DNA of 64,000 bases, taken from the IMG/VR virus record IMGVR_UViG_3300045988_173694. The stretch is one strand, 5' to 3'. Shown here one piece after another: positions 1 through 9,165 of this stretch. Both the position numbers and the translations under genes were made by a program. The DNA is from a virus. Each line of letters starts with the position of its first letter. Position 1 is the stretch's first letter. The notes under the pieces were generated by a model. It was not told the origin of the DNA and did not search any database. It saw nothing but the letters and a program-made list of their open reading frames with translations.

Positions 1-8
1 CAAAAAAA

Positions 9-105
9 ATGTTGAGTGTTGAATGTTGAATGTTAAATTGCCTAACGGACTCAATGGCGCTAGCCTAATTCAACACTCAACATTCAACATTCAACATTCA
101 ACATT
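9..105. repeat. Heptamer-armed palindromic element (HAP) copy 1
   Basis: (TGTTGAA)n left arm, about 30-nt core TTGCCTAACGGACTCAATGGCGCTAGCCTAA, (TTCAACA)n right arm. Confidence 0.9.
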
Positions 106-109
106 GGCT

Positions 110-1393
110 TTAGCCGCGATAGAATACCGGAGCCAGCGAGCCTTTACAGTCAAAGAACTCCTTAGCCTTCTCCTCGATACCTAACTTCCGTATCATATCA
201 AAGTCATCATCGCTGCACTCTACACAGAACCTTCCGTTCTTCATGCCGATGAAGGAAATGCGGGAAACCAGTGATTTCTCAGCGTCGCCTATAATGAGCT
301 TGCAGAATGCCTTCCACTTATCGGTACCCTCGCCTACCTCGGTCTTAATCTTGGTGGATGCAGGCTGCACGTTCTTCTTAACATCGTAAGCCTTCGCATC
401 GAACAGCTCACCTTCAGAATATTTTCCTGCCTTATGCAGTTTGCCGAGCGGCGTATAGAAAACCTCAAAGGTGATATAATCAGGGTTGCCACGCTTTCTG
501 CCTTTAGGATAATGTTCCGTATAATCAAAGGTAATATCTATATCATTCTTCTTTGCCTGTGCCACCAGGTCAGCTTTTGCCTTATCCAGAACGTCCTTCT
601 TAAACTTAGAGTACTTAGCATACTGATAAACCTTTTCCTTCGTTTCCGGGTCTATCTCATAGCACCCCAGGAAGTCCTTCAGCTTCTCTACCGTAACCGA
701 TAAGGGGTCGCTCTGTCCCTTCTTGCGTGGGCGGTCCTTATTCTCCATCAGCCAGAGATAAACCCTCGGTGTTACTCTTCGCTTACTGGTCTTCGCTACA
801 CGCGCCATGTGCGGCACATATCCCTTGCTCAAGTCAAAGGCATAGTCGGCCACAAAATGATTGATGTTTAACTCGACAACACCCGAATAAACATCCTTGA
901 TGGTACCATCCTTGCCTACCCACGTTTTCTTGGGCAGCGAAATGCGGTCGAATACAGGGTAGAAGTCTGAAATCTTATCTTTCTTTACGAACACCCTCAA
1001 AGCGCCAATTTCTTCTACGATAGGAACCTTACCATCGGCAAACTCCTGAAACATTTCCTTGTAGTTGCTATGATTATCTACAAGTTCTGACATATCTATA
1101 CGGATATGAAGAGCTTCTCTCTTCTGTTCCTCAGATAGGAACGGAGATTTAGGATAAGTCTTTTCCTTATATCGCATCTGGTCGTAGTACTGGTTGATGT
1201 ACTCCTGCAACTTTGCGCTTACCTGCAACATAATATCCTGTTGCAGGAGTGAGAAGGTGCTACCCAGCGAAGCATAAGAGCATGGTGTCTTGATCCACCG
1301 CAAATTACAAAGCTGCTGTTCTGTTGGCTGGTTTTCCAAGTCACGGAAAGTAACCTGATTTTCATTTATTCGCTTGTCTTCTTTTGCGCCCAT
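110..1393 (-). CDS. Plasmid-type replication initiator (Rep_3/RepB-like)
   Basis: 427-aa ORF. The C-terminal half resembles iteron-binding Rep_3 initiators (YAKYSKFKKDVLDKAKADL...ITFDY...GRKRGNPDYITFEVF). It lies next to 22-bp iterons at 1522-1666. Confidence 0.7.
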   Translation of the reverse strand: MGAKEDKRINENQVTFRDLENQPTEQQLCNLRWIKTPCSYASLGSTFSLLQQDIMLQVSAKLQEYINQYYDQMRYKEKTYPKSPFLSEEQKREALHIRIDMSELVDNHSNYKEMFQEFADGKVPIVEEIGALRVFVKKDKISDFYPVFDRISLPKKTWVGKDGTIKDVYSGVVELNINHFVADYAFDLSKGYVPHMARVAKTSKRRVTPRVYLWLMENKDRPRKKGQSDPLSVTVEKLKDFLGCYEIDPETKEKVYQYAKYSKFKKDVLDKAKADLVAQAKKNDIDITFDYTEHYPKGRKRGNPDYITFEVFYTPLGKLHKAGKYSEGELFDAKAYDVKKNVQPASTKIKTEVGEGTDKWKAFCKLIIGDAEKSLVSRISFIGMKNGRFCVECSDDDFDMIRKLGIEEKAKEFFDCKGSLAPVFYRG

Positions 1394-1521
1394 AACTGTT
1401 ACTTATATATTTTCTTTCATTTTTTATATATACAGACATAATAAATAGTATCAGTATCAGTATAGAGACTTAAAAATCTCTCGAAATGCCGATAAACACT
1501 AAGGTTTCCGAAAAATCGAGG

Positions 1522-1666
1522 TTCCAAGAACTATACCTTTTGGTACCGAAAACTATACCCTTTGGTACCGAAAACTATACCCTTCCAAATTTTAGAACTT
1601 CGTACCAAGAACTATACCCTTTGGTACCGAAAACTATACCCTTTAGTACCGAAAACTATACCCTTC
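1522..1666. repeat. Iteron array (six ~22-bp direct repeats), putative oriV
   Basis: GGTACCGAAAACTATACCCTT-type units repeated head to tail. Two more copies at 1747-1768 and 1950-1976. Directly upstream of the Rep gene. Confidence 0.85.
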
Positions 1667-1719
1667 AGTAAAAGACTTTAGTAAGAAGGTAAAAGAGTTT
1701 AGTAAAATTTTACCTCAAA

Positions 1720-1809
1720 CTTAGCCACAAATGTAGTGACTTGTTAGGTACCAAGAACTATAACCCTCTTGTACCTTTTGGTACGAAAGTCACTACATTT
1801 GTGGCTAAG
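1720..1809. repeat. Perfect 21-bp inverted repeat flanking one iteron
   Basis: CTTAGCCACAAATGTAGTGAC (1720-1740) and its reverse complement (1789-1809). A third near-identical direct copy at 1927-1947. Confidence 0.85.
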
Positions 1810-2066
1810 TTTTTATCGTAACTATCTGAAAATCAATCATTAAACCTTTTGGTGCAATGAGGATTACATTAGTACAACGTATTTCCAAAGCATAAACGCT
1901 TATAAATCAGCGTTTTATGATATAAACTTAGCCATAAATGTAGTGAGTTGGTACCAAGAACTATACCCCTCGGTACTATTTCGGCACCTCAGAAGGTAAA
2001 AGACTTCAGTAAGATTTTACCTAAAACCACTTTTCAGTTTACCTTCAAATCTGACTTTTCGTTTAC

Positions 2067-2405
2067 CTACTCTTTTCCGAAATGATCCACGAAGTCCATA
2101 ACGGCCTGTGCTGCCAGGTCTTGAAGGCTCTTGTCGGTACAAGCCTTAATCTGCACCAGCTTGAAATAATACTCCATGGGGAGTATCAGCTTTACGGTCT
2201 TCGTACTCTTCATCGGTTTCATATCGACGGCAGGAGCAATGCGCTGTTCTGCTGCTGGCTGCTCTGCACTACTGTCCACAGGAGCAGGGACGTTCTGTTC
2301 CTGCTCTCTGCCCTGCTCCAGGATAAGTTTGTTTTCCTGAACAATAGGTGCATCATCGAAATCTTTATCAAAAGACTTAGCTTTCTTATTTTGTTTTACT
2401 GCCAT
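2067..2405 (-). CDS. Putative ParG-like ribbon-helix-helix partition adaptor
   Basis: 112 aa, immediately downstream of parA. The C-terminal VKLILPMEYYFKLVQIKACTDKSLQDLAAQAVMDFV has a strand-helix-helix pattern. Confidence 0.45.
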   Translation of the reverse strand: MAVKQNKKAKSFDKDFDDAPIVQENKLILEQGREQEQNVPAPVDSSAEQPAAEQRIAPAVDMKPMKSTKTVKLILPMEYYFKLVQIKACTDKSLQDLAAQAVMDFVDHFGKE

Positions 2406-2445
2406 AACTGCTAAAAATTAATCATTAATCACTAATCACTATCCC

Positions 2446-3381
2446 CTACTCCGGCATACTCTCAAGTATCTCCTTCGTAAGCTGCTCATAATCGATGCCT
2501 ACCCTGCAATAAGGCGCATACTCGAAAATGTCCTTATTCAGCGATTGCGCCTCTACCATTTTGGTATCTCTTCGGGTATAGGCATTGAACACATAATCGC
2601 CAAAGGTTTCAATAAGATAATGCTTAAATTTCTTCGTCGCCTTGGTCTGGTCGTTACTCATTACCATCAGTAAGCCACGCACAGCCAAATCCTCGTTCAG
2701 ATCCTCACGCGTTTCTTTGATGGCGTTGATAATTTCAGCAATACCTTTGGTTGCTAAAGGTTCCAACTGCACAGGCAGCACAGCACTCGATGCTGCGGTC
2801 AGCGCATTATAGGTAAGCAGTGACAAAGCTGGTGGGCAATCAATAAAGACGAAATCGAAAGCCTCAGTAATCTTCAGCATACCTTTATAGTTGGCATAAT
2901 CGCAGGATGTATCTCCAAAGCTGGCGTTGCAGTCTATCCCATCACTAGCCAAATCGCCACCGTCATCAGTCATCAGAGCCAGCGGTTTTGACAGCAACTT
3001 ATAGAGCGCTTTCCTCGGCACCGCTCTCTGATTCAGGAAAGGCTCAATAGAGATTAATTTTTTTGAAGCTGGAGCAAGATACACTCCTTCTCGCACCTGA
3101 TAGATAGGTACCTGCTTCTGCTCCACCAGTGCATCGTATACGGTAGGCAACCTTCTGTTTGCCGTTTCGCTCCATCCGAAGAGGAAGGAAAGCGAACTCT
3201 GAGGGTCCAGGTCGATAAGCAGGATGCGAGGCTTACGCTCCTTCCCTGCAACGTTCTGTCCGAAATGTCCCTTACCATAACGGCGCAAACCTGCCGCCAA
3301 ATTCTGTACTGATGTAGTCTTACCAACACCGCCCTTGTGATTGACAAAGGCAAGAACTTCTTTCAATCTATTTTCTGCCAT
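2446..3381 (-). CDS. parA: ParA/Soj-family partition ATPase
   Basis: Deviant Walker A VNHKGGVGKTTSVQNLA near the N-terminus, ParA-like length and a downstream small adaptor gene. Confidence 0.85.
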   Translation of the reverse strand: MAENRLKEVLAFVNHKGGVGKTTSVQNLAAGLRRYGKGHFGQNVAGKERKPRILLIDLDPQSSLSFLFGWSETANRRLPTVYDALVEQKQVPIYQVREGVYLAPASKKLISIEPFLNQRAVPRKALYKLLSKPLALMTDDGGDLASDGIDCNASFGDTSCDYANYKGMLKITEAFDFVFIDCPPALSLLTYNALTAASSAVLPVQLEPLATKGIAEIINAIKETREDLNEDLAVRGLLMVMSNDQTKATKKFKHYLIETFGDYVFNAYTRRDTKMVEAQSLNKDIFEYAPYCRVGIDYEQLTKEILESMPE

Positions 3382-3442
3382 AATCTTTATGATGTATTAA
3401 ACGTAAACTAATATATTTATTTCTAATTTCTAAACGCTGAAT

Positions 3443-3967
3443 AGTACCAAAGTACTAACGTACCGAAGTACTACGGTGCAAAAGTACTAAAAAATATTCA
3501 TTCTCACAAATAATTACCCTATTATTTTCTAGATTTTAATCATATTTAATTATTAGTATTTGTAATAGTACTTTAGTACTAAGGTGCAAACGTACCAAAG
3601 TACGAAAGCACCGAGGAACGAATGAACCAAAGTATCAAGGTACATTTGTACGTTGGTACGAAGGTTTATTTGTACGTTAGTACCAAAGTGTATTTGCACG
3701 AAAGTTTATTAGTACCAAGGTATAAATGTACGTTAGTACAAAAGTACAAACGTACCAAAGTGCAAATGTACTCATTTATCTTCTCATTTATCTTTTCATT
3801 TATCCTCTCATTTATCTTATCATATATGAGAACAGATGTATTAAAGTACCTAAGTACAAAAGTGCAAAGGTGTATTTGTATCTTTGTACGAGAGTACTAA
3901 TGTATCAAAGTACAAAGGTGCAAACGTACAATAGTACGAAAGTACTAAAGTACGAATGCACCTTTGC
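3443..3967. repeat. Centromere-like array of GTACNAAN 8-mers
   Basis: Dozens of phased GTAC(N)AA(N) octamers upstream of parA, for example GTACAAAAGTACAAACGTACCAAAGTGCAAATGTAC. An internal 12-bp TCATTTATCTTC x4-5 block lies at 3771-3826. Confidence 0.8.
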
Positions 3968-3971
3968 TAGA

Positions 3972-4003
3972 GAACCAGCGATAGAATCGCTGGGAACGGA
4001 AGT
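3972..4003. repeat. SL element copy A (GGACCAGCGATAGAATCGCTGGGAACGGAAG family)
   Basis: Hairpin CCAGCGAT-AGAA-ATCGCTGG with conserved flanks, followed by TTTTTACC repeats to 4050. Confidence 0.85.
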
Positions 4004-4053
4004 GGGTTAAGGTTCTTTTTACCTTTTTACCTTTTTACTTTTTTACCTTTAAA

Positions 4054-5046
4054 TTAGAACTCCACCGTGCTCTGCTCTTCCCCCCACGCATCATTCAGCG
4101 TGAGCTGAAAGGTAGGCTGGCGGTTATAGAAGGAGCCGCTTATCATCGTAACATGATTGCGCTGCAGGGTGATACCCGATAACTTAAACGAGGTATAAGG
4201 CTCAGTACTGCCCTTGCGGTCCATGGTGAATGTAATATCGGTGGTGTAACCTTCCTCGGGTACCAGGAAGTAATAGAAGAAAGGAGCAGATGTCTTGCCG
4301 GCACACTTCGTAACATCTAAGATACGCTGGTTAGATACCTTACCTATAGCGGAAAAACTCTGCCAGTCCCACTGCTTATATTCATCTATCTGAAACCGCA
4401 GGGTACTGCAATCTTCCGGAAACTTACTCGTGTTTTTTACGGACAGTTTAGCGATGATACGCTCCAACTGGATATTGATGCTCTGGTTCTGCCCAACGCC
4501 TATGCTCACGTCCTGCACGGCTCCGAAGCTGTCAGAAGTCTTGCTGCTCGTCAGTACAGCAGGGGCAGCAGCGTCCGCAGTCATCGCAAAGGCAGTATTA
4601 TCTGCGAGGTTCCATAATGAGCCGTCAGCCGACTGTAGGGTAGGGGTTTCGCTCCTCGTAGCTATCACCTTCAGCGTATGATCGCCATAATCAAAACTCA
4701 TGGTAGGTTCGGCGAAGTCCTCGGCATCGGCAGACTGGTGCAATACCTGGAGCAGCTTTTTCGTTGCCTTGTTGTAATCGAAGATGTAGAGGTCAGTCAT
4801 CGCCTTGCCGTTGGCAACCAGTTCGGCACGCGTGATAGGGTAGGCGAATTGTCGGGTAGACTGGCTCACGCTCACGTCATCGCCTTCTGGCGAAGTAAAC
4901 CGCAGTTTCACCGTAGCCTTGTCAGCCATCTGCTGGCTGCCTCCGTCCACTGCCTCGTCCACATACTCGGTGCATGAGGTGTTCATCATCATGCACGCTG
5001 CCATCATCGCAAAGGTGGTGGCAAACAAAAACTTTTTCGTTCTCAT
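4054..5046 (-). CDS. Putative surface lipoprotein
   Basis: 330 aa. Signal peptide plus lipobox (FATTFAMMAACMMMNTSC). Confidence 0.6.
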   Translation of the reverse strand: MRTKKFLFATTFAMMAACMMMNTSCTEYVDEAVDGGSQQMADKATVKLRFTSPEGDDVSVSQSTRQFAYPITRAELVANGKAMTDLYIFDYNKATKKLLQVLHQSADAEDFAEPTMSFDYGDHTLKVIATRSETPTLQSADGSLWNLADNTAFAMTADAAAPAVLTSSKTSDSFGAVQDVSIGVGQNQSINIQLERIIAKLSVKNTSKFPEDCSTLRFQIDEYKQWDWQSFSAIGKVSNQRILDVTKCAGKTSAPFFYYFLVPEEGYTTDITFTMDRKGSTEPYTSFKLSGITLQRNHVTMISGSFYNRQPTFQLTLNDAWGEEQSTVEF

Positions 5047-5198
5047 AAGCCAAAAATTTTAAAGTTGTTATAGTTATATTTTAAAGCTCTATTTTCTTTT
5101 GCATCGGCGAAACTCAGTGATATTTCGCCGATGCTATAACGTAGAAATTCCTATTCCATCAGGTTCGGATCTTTATCGTATTTGCTGGCGGCTTCCTG

Positions 5199-5960
5199 CT
5201 ACCACTCGTCACGCTCTTTCTTATATAGTTTCATCTCATTCTCTTTGCCCAGAACATCGTTCCAATCCTTTTCAAATTCCTCCTTCACAAATTTCCTTAT
5301 CGGTCCGAGATACTTCTTTTCTTCCTGGCAGATGAAACGGTTTTGCTTTTTGCGGTCTTCAGCTCTCAGATAAGTTGATTTCCGGAAGAATATTCCAAAT
5401 TCAACCCTGAACCCTATCTGCTCGCTATATACTATAAGGAAAGAAACCAGGTAGTCTCTCAACGTCCTTAATATATCCTCTTTCTCATCCTTTAAACCGA
5501 GTTCCGTAAAGTGTATATCCTTAGACAAAGACATAACTATTACGCCCTCGTCGGTTTCTACCGTCAGTTTATAGGACGAGTATTTTTCGCCCCAGTCACG
5601 GTCTAGAAATACCTTCAAGGAATCGGTCATGTTCGATTTATCTATATGAACGTCGTAACTCTTCAGGTCAGGAATAACCGATGGAATATATTGGGTATAT
5701 CCAAAGACGTAACATAGATCTTCAAAAGGTATCGTTTCTCCACGATGAGCGACGATAGAAGTTCCAGTATATTCATCCACATATTCAGGAATCTGCCAGG
5801 AACCCTCTCTGTCAATGTAATAAGACTCTTTAGAACCTTCTAAACTGTCCTGGTCTTTCTTCCATGCAAGACCAATGCGCTCATAAAATATGCCATAATG
5901 ATCAAGAAAGATGGCATGATCGCTGCAGGGGATAGTAACTACTACATCATTATCTTTCAT
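5199..5960 (-). CDS. Hypothetical protein
   Basis: ORF shortened to MKDNDVVV, which is preceded by an L2-like pre-start block (5961-5992). Confidence 0.55.
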   Translation of the reverse strand: MKDNDVVVTIPCSDHAIFLDHYGIFYERIGLAWKKDQDSLEGSKESYYIDREGSWQIPEYVDEYTGTSIVAHRGETIPFEDLCYVFGYTQYIPSVIPDLKSYDVHIDKSNMTDSLKVFLDRDWGEKYSSYKLTVETDEGVIVMSLSKDIHFTELGLKDEKEDILRTLRDYLVSFLIVYSEQIGFRVEFGIFFRKSTYLRAEDRKKQNRFICQEEKKYLGPIRKFVKEEFEKDWNDVLGKENEMKLYKKERDEW

Positions 5961-6065
5961 GTTTTTAGTTTTAAAATTGTTCTTTATATATATATCTAAG
6001 TAACGCAAAGGCCTCCGGAATTATTATATACCCTTACGTTTTTTTATTAAATCTCCTCAAGTAGC

Positions 6066-6155
6066 ACGCCCTGAAGGGGCAGCAACTCCTAGCCCAGGGC
6101 AACACCCTGGGTAATCATAGGCGCACCCCTCTCGCCCTGTAAGGGCAAAAGCCTT
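6066..6155. repeat. Triple-hairpin element (THE) copy 1, reverse orientation
   Basis: GCCCTGAAGGGGC, CCCAGGGCAACACCCTGGG and GCCCTGTAAGGGC hairpins. Homologous to 44041-44130 and 59367-59457. Confidence 0.85.
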
Positions 6156-6276
6156 ACTTGAATGCTCCAGCCAACAAAGGCAGGAAGAACACTGCTACGC
6201 CGATGGTAGAGAAGAGCAGCACAGCTACGCCTACCAGGGCGATGGCTGCAACGGAATATGTAATTACTTTTTTCAT
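6154..6276 (-). CDS. Small hydrophobic membrane peptide (40 aa)
   Basis: Hand-translated MKKVITYSVAAIALVGVAVLLFSTIGVAVFFLPLLAGAFK. Below the ORF-track size cutoff. Confidence 0.4.
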   Translation of the reverse strand: MKKVITYSVAAIALVGVAVLLFSTIGVAVFFLPLLAGAFK

Positions 6277-6315
6277 ATTGCTATAATCTTTTTAAAGTAT
6301 TAATATTTATGTTTT

Positions 6316-6615
6316 TTATTCCATATCACTAAGTACCCAGTTCTGCGTCAAGCCTGCAATATCGTTTGCAGCAAGGAGCCAAATCAGATTGATGAGCACA
6401 CCCACATAAGGCTTTTGTTTCTCCAACGGTTTGTTTTCGAGTTTGTGCGAGTTGAACCAGTCGATGACCGGCGACATCGCAATGATGCAAGGTTGCAGGG
6501 TACCGCATTCGTTGGTAATATCCGTGATGGTTTCCTGGCGAATCTGCATTTCATTCCAATTCAGATCATTTGCAAGCTTCTTGCAAACAAGCTCCTTGAT
6601 TTCTTCTTTATTCAT
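6316..6615 (-). CDS. Hypothetical protein
   Basis: 99-aa ORF in the unidirectional array, with an L2-like block at 6616-6648. Confidence 0.55.
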   Translation of the reverse strand: MNKEEIKELVCKKLANDLNWNEMQIRQETITDITNECGTLQPCIIAMSPVIDWFNSHKLENKPLEKQKPYVGVLINLIWLLAANDIAGLTQNWVLSDME

Positions 6616-6679
6616 AATATCTAAGTTTTAAAATTGAAGTATATAATTTTGTCGCAGCATCAATGAAGTTTTACCGATG

Positions 6680-6865
6680 CTATAACGAAGGGCTTTCCTG
6701 AGCCTTTAAGGTCGCAGCCTCGATAGCGCGTATAATATCCGTGATATATCTGCTGCCTCCATGCTTTTTGATCCAATCGTGAACGTCATCGGGTACCACA
6801 TATTTATGCACGCTGCCCTCTGCAGCTCGTCTGCCTTTCTTATTCGTTGTTTTATTAATCTCCAT
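6680..6865 (-). CDS. Small protein, possible ribbon-helix-helix DNA binder
   Basis: 61 aa. A basic N-terminus is followed by HKYVVPDDVHDWIKKHGGSRYITDIIRAIEAA. Preceded by the L1 leader. Confidence 0.45.
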   Translation of the reverse strand: MEINKTTNKKGRRAAEGSVHKYVVPDDVHDWIKKHGGSRYITDIIRAIEAATLKAQESPSL

Positions 6866-6903
6866 ATCTTTTCCGCTTATCCGTGATGCGTAGGGCTGAA
6901 TGA
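6866..6903 (-). promoter_or_regulatory. L1 conserved 5' leader hairpin
   Basis: mRNA sense TCATTCAGCCCTACGCATCACGGATAAGCGGAAAAGAT followed by ATG. Confidence 0.7.
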
Positions 6904-6908
6904 TTATA

Positions 6909-7187
6909 TTACTTTTTCTTCTTTAGCCAGGGAAAGAACCAAGAACCTTCCAAATGTTGTTGCGCCCTGATAACGGCATACTCCCTGGTATGTATGCGCA
7001 AATCGGACGGAATCTTCTCTATTATCTTCCCTTCTAACTCGTGGTCATAATTCACCCCGCACTCTTTCAGAAGCCCATAAAGAGAATCATCGAAGAATGA
7101 AGCAAATATATGATCCTGAGTGTCGAGATTCAAAAACTCGAAAGAGCAGAAGGGATAATCTAGGAAGGCGTGCAATATCTTAAACAT
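6909..7187 (-). CDS. Hypothetical protein
   Basis: 92-aa ORF preceded by the L1 leader. Confidence 0.55.
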   Translation of the reverse strand: MFKILHAFLDYPFCSFEFLNLDTQDHIFASFFDDSLYGLLKECGVNYDHELEGKIIEKIPSDLRIHTREYAVIRAQQHLEGSWFFPWLKKKK

Positions 7188-7222
7188 CTTTGTTCCGCTT
7201 ATCCGCGATGCGGTAGGGCTTT
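7188..7222 (-). promoter_or_regulatory. L1 conserved 5' leader hairpin
   Basis: AAAGCCCTACCGCATCGCGGATAAGCGGAACAAAG followed by ATG. The stem is CCGC/GCGG. Confidence 0.7.
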
Positions 7223-7295
7223 AAAAACTTAAAAATCTATAATATTTCGTGTAAATTGATACATCGTATTGTTTTATTTCTTAAATTTGCACTCG

Positions 7296-7500
7296 TCTTC
7301 GGAAGGCTTTTAATCGTACCTTTATGGATATTGATTCAATCGTACCTTTATGGAATAGAAAGAAACATAAAACTTCCGTTGACGGTCAGACTTTTCAAAG
7401 TCTGTGGATTCAAACGCTCTTAAAGAGCCAAATTTCTACTATAGTAGATTCGAGCCAGAAGGCTCGCAGTGCCCCGGCTTAGGTCGGGGCTTTTCGTTTT
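7296..7500 (+). ncRNA. Candidate ~200-nt antisense-oriented small RNA
   Basis: -7 box TAAATTTG at 7282-7289. Internal direct repeat CAATCGTACCTTTATGGA x2 and hairpins at 7387-7404 and 7452-7465. Intrinsic terminator GCCCCG-GCTTAGGT-CGGGGC plus a T-run at 7471-7500. Confidence 0.4.
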
Positions 7501-7870
7501 ATGCGTAAACGCCAATTTTATGAAATTCCAAAGTTGTATGGTTATCAGGATAACTACAATCCTCAAACATAACCCAATAACCTTGCTTATCCAGGAATAT
7601 CTGACCGATTGAGCTTGCACTGTCTTTCGGCTCGCCCGCCAATCTATTGCATATTATCCTAGTCAGGTCTTTATAAGGTTGACGTTGTTCGTCTATGATA
7701 CGGAAAGAATATATATTCTTATCTCTTCCCGTAATCGTCAGCGTGGTTATTAAACCCTCAATCGTTCCAACTCTCTTGTACGTATCACCCTTACACACCA
7801 AAGACTCGCCATTATCAAACAATCGTCTCGCAAGAAACGTTGTTGTATTGTTACAAATAATCTCCGACAT
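7499..7870 (-). CDS. Hypothetical protein
   Basis: 123-aa ORF in the array. Confidence 0.55.
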   Translation of the reverse strand: MSEIICNNTTTFLARRLFDNGESLVCKGDTYKRVGTIEGLITTLTITGRDKNIYSFRIIDEQRQPYKDLTRIICNRLAGEPKDSASSIGQIFLDKQGYWVMFEDCSYPDNHTTLEFHKIGVYA

Positions 7871-7872
7871 AA

Positions 7873-8460
7873 TTATTCCTCCTCTTCTTCTTCCTCCTCA
7901 TCCTCGTTGCTATTCTGATAGTCATCGCTATGTGCGACCAAATCATCGAGAGCTGCCTTGAAGTTGAAATCCTTTCTCGGATAATCTGCTTCGTCATTTT
8001 CCAAATCATCATAAAAGAAATAAGATCGCTCATCGTCAGAAGCTCGAAGGATTCCGCCTTCAGGGTCTATCCAGAAACCAAAAGAGTAGGAATCCTTACC
8101 CCAGCTATAAACGTTTATCTCGTAGCCTTCATAATCAAGTGTAAGATAATCAACCTCTGATATAAACCTAATACTCTCAGAATCACCGGCAACAATGTAG
8201 AGACCTTCATTCTCGCCCTCTCGCAAATCATACCAGGCTTTATCTTCGTTCTTCTTTTCCCACTCTGAAAACTCCTTCCATCCGTTTTCGTGTACCGAAA
8301 AAGACTCAAAGCGTTTACGGACAATATCCTCCAAGGTATCACTGCCTTCAAAGGCTTCACTATTTAAAAAACCTTCACCAAACTTCGTGTACTTAGTATC
8401 ACAAAGAGGAATATTTACGCAGGATAATATATTATGTCCACCATTGATTGTAATTCTCAT
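7873..8460 (-). CDS. Acidic hypothetical protein with poly-Glu tail
   Basis: 195 aa ending NSNEDEEEEEEEE. Preceded by an L1 leader variant. Confidence 0.6.
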   Translation of the reverse strand: MRITINGGHNILSCVNIPLCDTKYTKFGEGFLNSEAFEGSDTLEDIVRKRFESFSVHENGWKEFSEWEKKNEDKAWYDLREGENEGLYIVAGDSESIRFISEVDYLTLDYEGYEINVYSWGKDSYSFGFWIDPEGGILRASDDERSYFFYDDLENDEADYPRKDFNFKAALDDLVAHSDDYQNSNEDEEEEEEEE

Positions 8461-8495
8461 ATCTATTGACTTAACCGTGCTGTCGAGGGCTGAAA
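8461..8495 (-). promoter_or_regulatory. L1 conserved 5' leader hairpin (variant)
   Basis: TTTCAGCCCTCGACAGCACGGTTAAGTCAATAGAT followed by ATG. The stem covaries to GAC/GTC. Confidence 0.6.
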
Positions 8496-8526
8496 ATAAT
8501 CTATAACCAGTGAAAAATCTCCGATG

Positions 8527-9117
8527 TTATAACGAGTAAATATCATTACCGAGAAGACGGGGAATGATTTCAGCATCAAGGATGGAATCGTAATCCCAGA
8601 GATGGGCACCGAAATCTTTCTTCAGCTTCACTACCGCCATTTTGTATGCCTCCTCGCCATTCTCGGCATAGCCTACGTACTCATAATATTTATATGTAGA
8701 ATTGACGGTGGCATGAAGACAGACGGTAAAGAAACCCTTCGGCATCGCAGCCAGCTCCTTGCGGCGCTCGTTGATCTCTCTGGCGATGCGCTGCTTTACC
8801 AGGATTTCATTGTCTTGTCTGCGCTTGCGGTCTGCTGCCTCCTTCGCTATCACGGCCTTCTCGCACTCCTCTGGAGTATCAGCGAGGGCAGGGTAGCAAT
8901 AGATGAAGGATGAAGGGCTGCAGCCTGTAGTCTGCAATTTTCTGCCTGCCTGCTCGTCCTGATAAATCTTCTTCAGAAGGGCGTGAACGTTGTAGTTAAC
9001 CTCCAACTTTCTGCCGCCCGGCTCGTTCTTATCAGTCAAACTATTAATAAACTTCTCGGCTTCTACTGCTGAGTCAATGATTACTTTCTTGTCAAAATAT
9101 ACAAAAAACTTCTTCAT
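8527..9117 (-). CDS. Hypothetical protein
   Basis: 196-aa ORF preceded by the L1 leader. Confidence 0.6.
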   Translation of the reverse strand: MKKFFVYFDKKVIIDSAVEAEKFINSLTDKNEPGGRKLEVNYNVHALLKKIYQDEQAGRKLQTTGCSPSSFIYCYPALADTPEECEKAVIAKEAADRKRRQDNEILVKQRIAREINERRKELAAMPKGFFTVCLHATVNSTYKYYEYVGYAENGEEAYKMAVVKLKKDFGAHLWDYDSILDAEIIPRLLGNDIYSL

Positions 9118-9156
9118 ATTGTCTGCGCTTCACCGCGATGCGCCTAGGGCTGAACT
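9118..9156 (-). promoter_or_regulatory. L1 conserved 5' leader hairpin
   Basis: AGTTCAGCCCTAGGCGCATCGCGGTGAAGCGCAGACAAT followed by ATG. Confidence 0.7.
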
Positions 9157-9165
9157 ATAAATATA

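Noticed and set aside
1486-1671. 61-aa plus-strand ORF
   Set aside because: It is a translation of the iteron array (repeated YPFGTENYTL peptides), not a gene.
3622-4010. ORFs 3622..3900 and 3726..4010 (plus strand)
   Set aside because: They lie entirely within the GTAC octamer and 12-bp repeat field upstream of parA. The peptides are low-complexity repeat translations.
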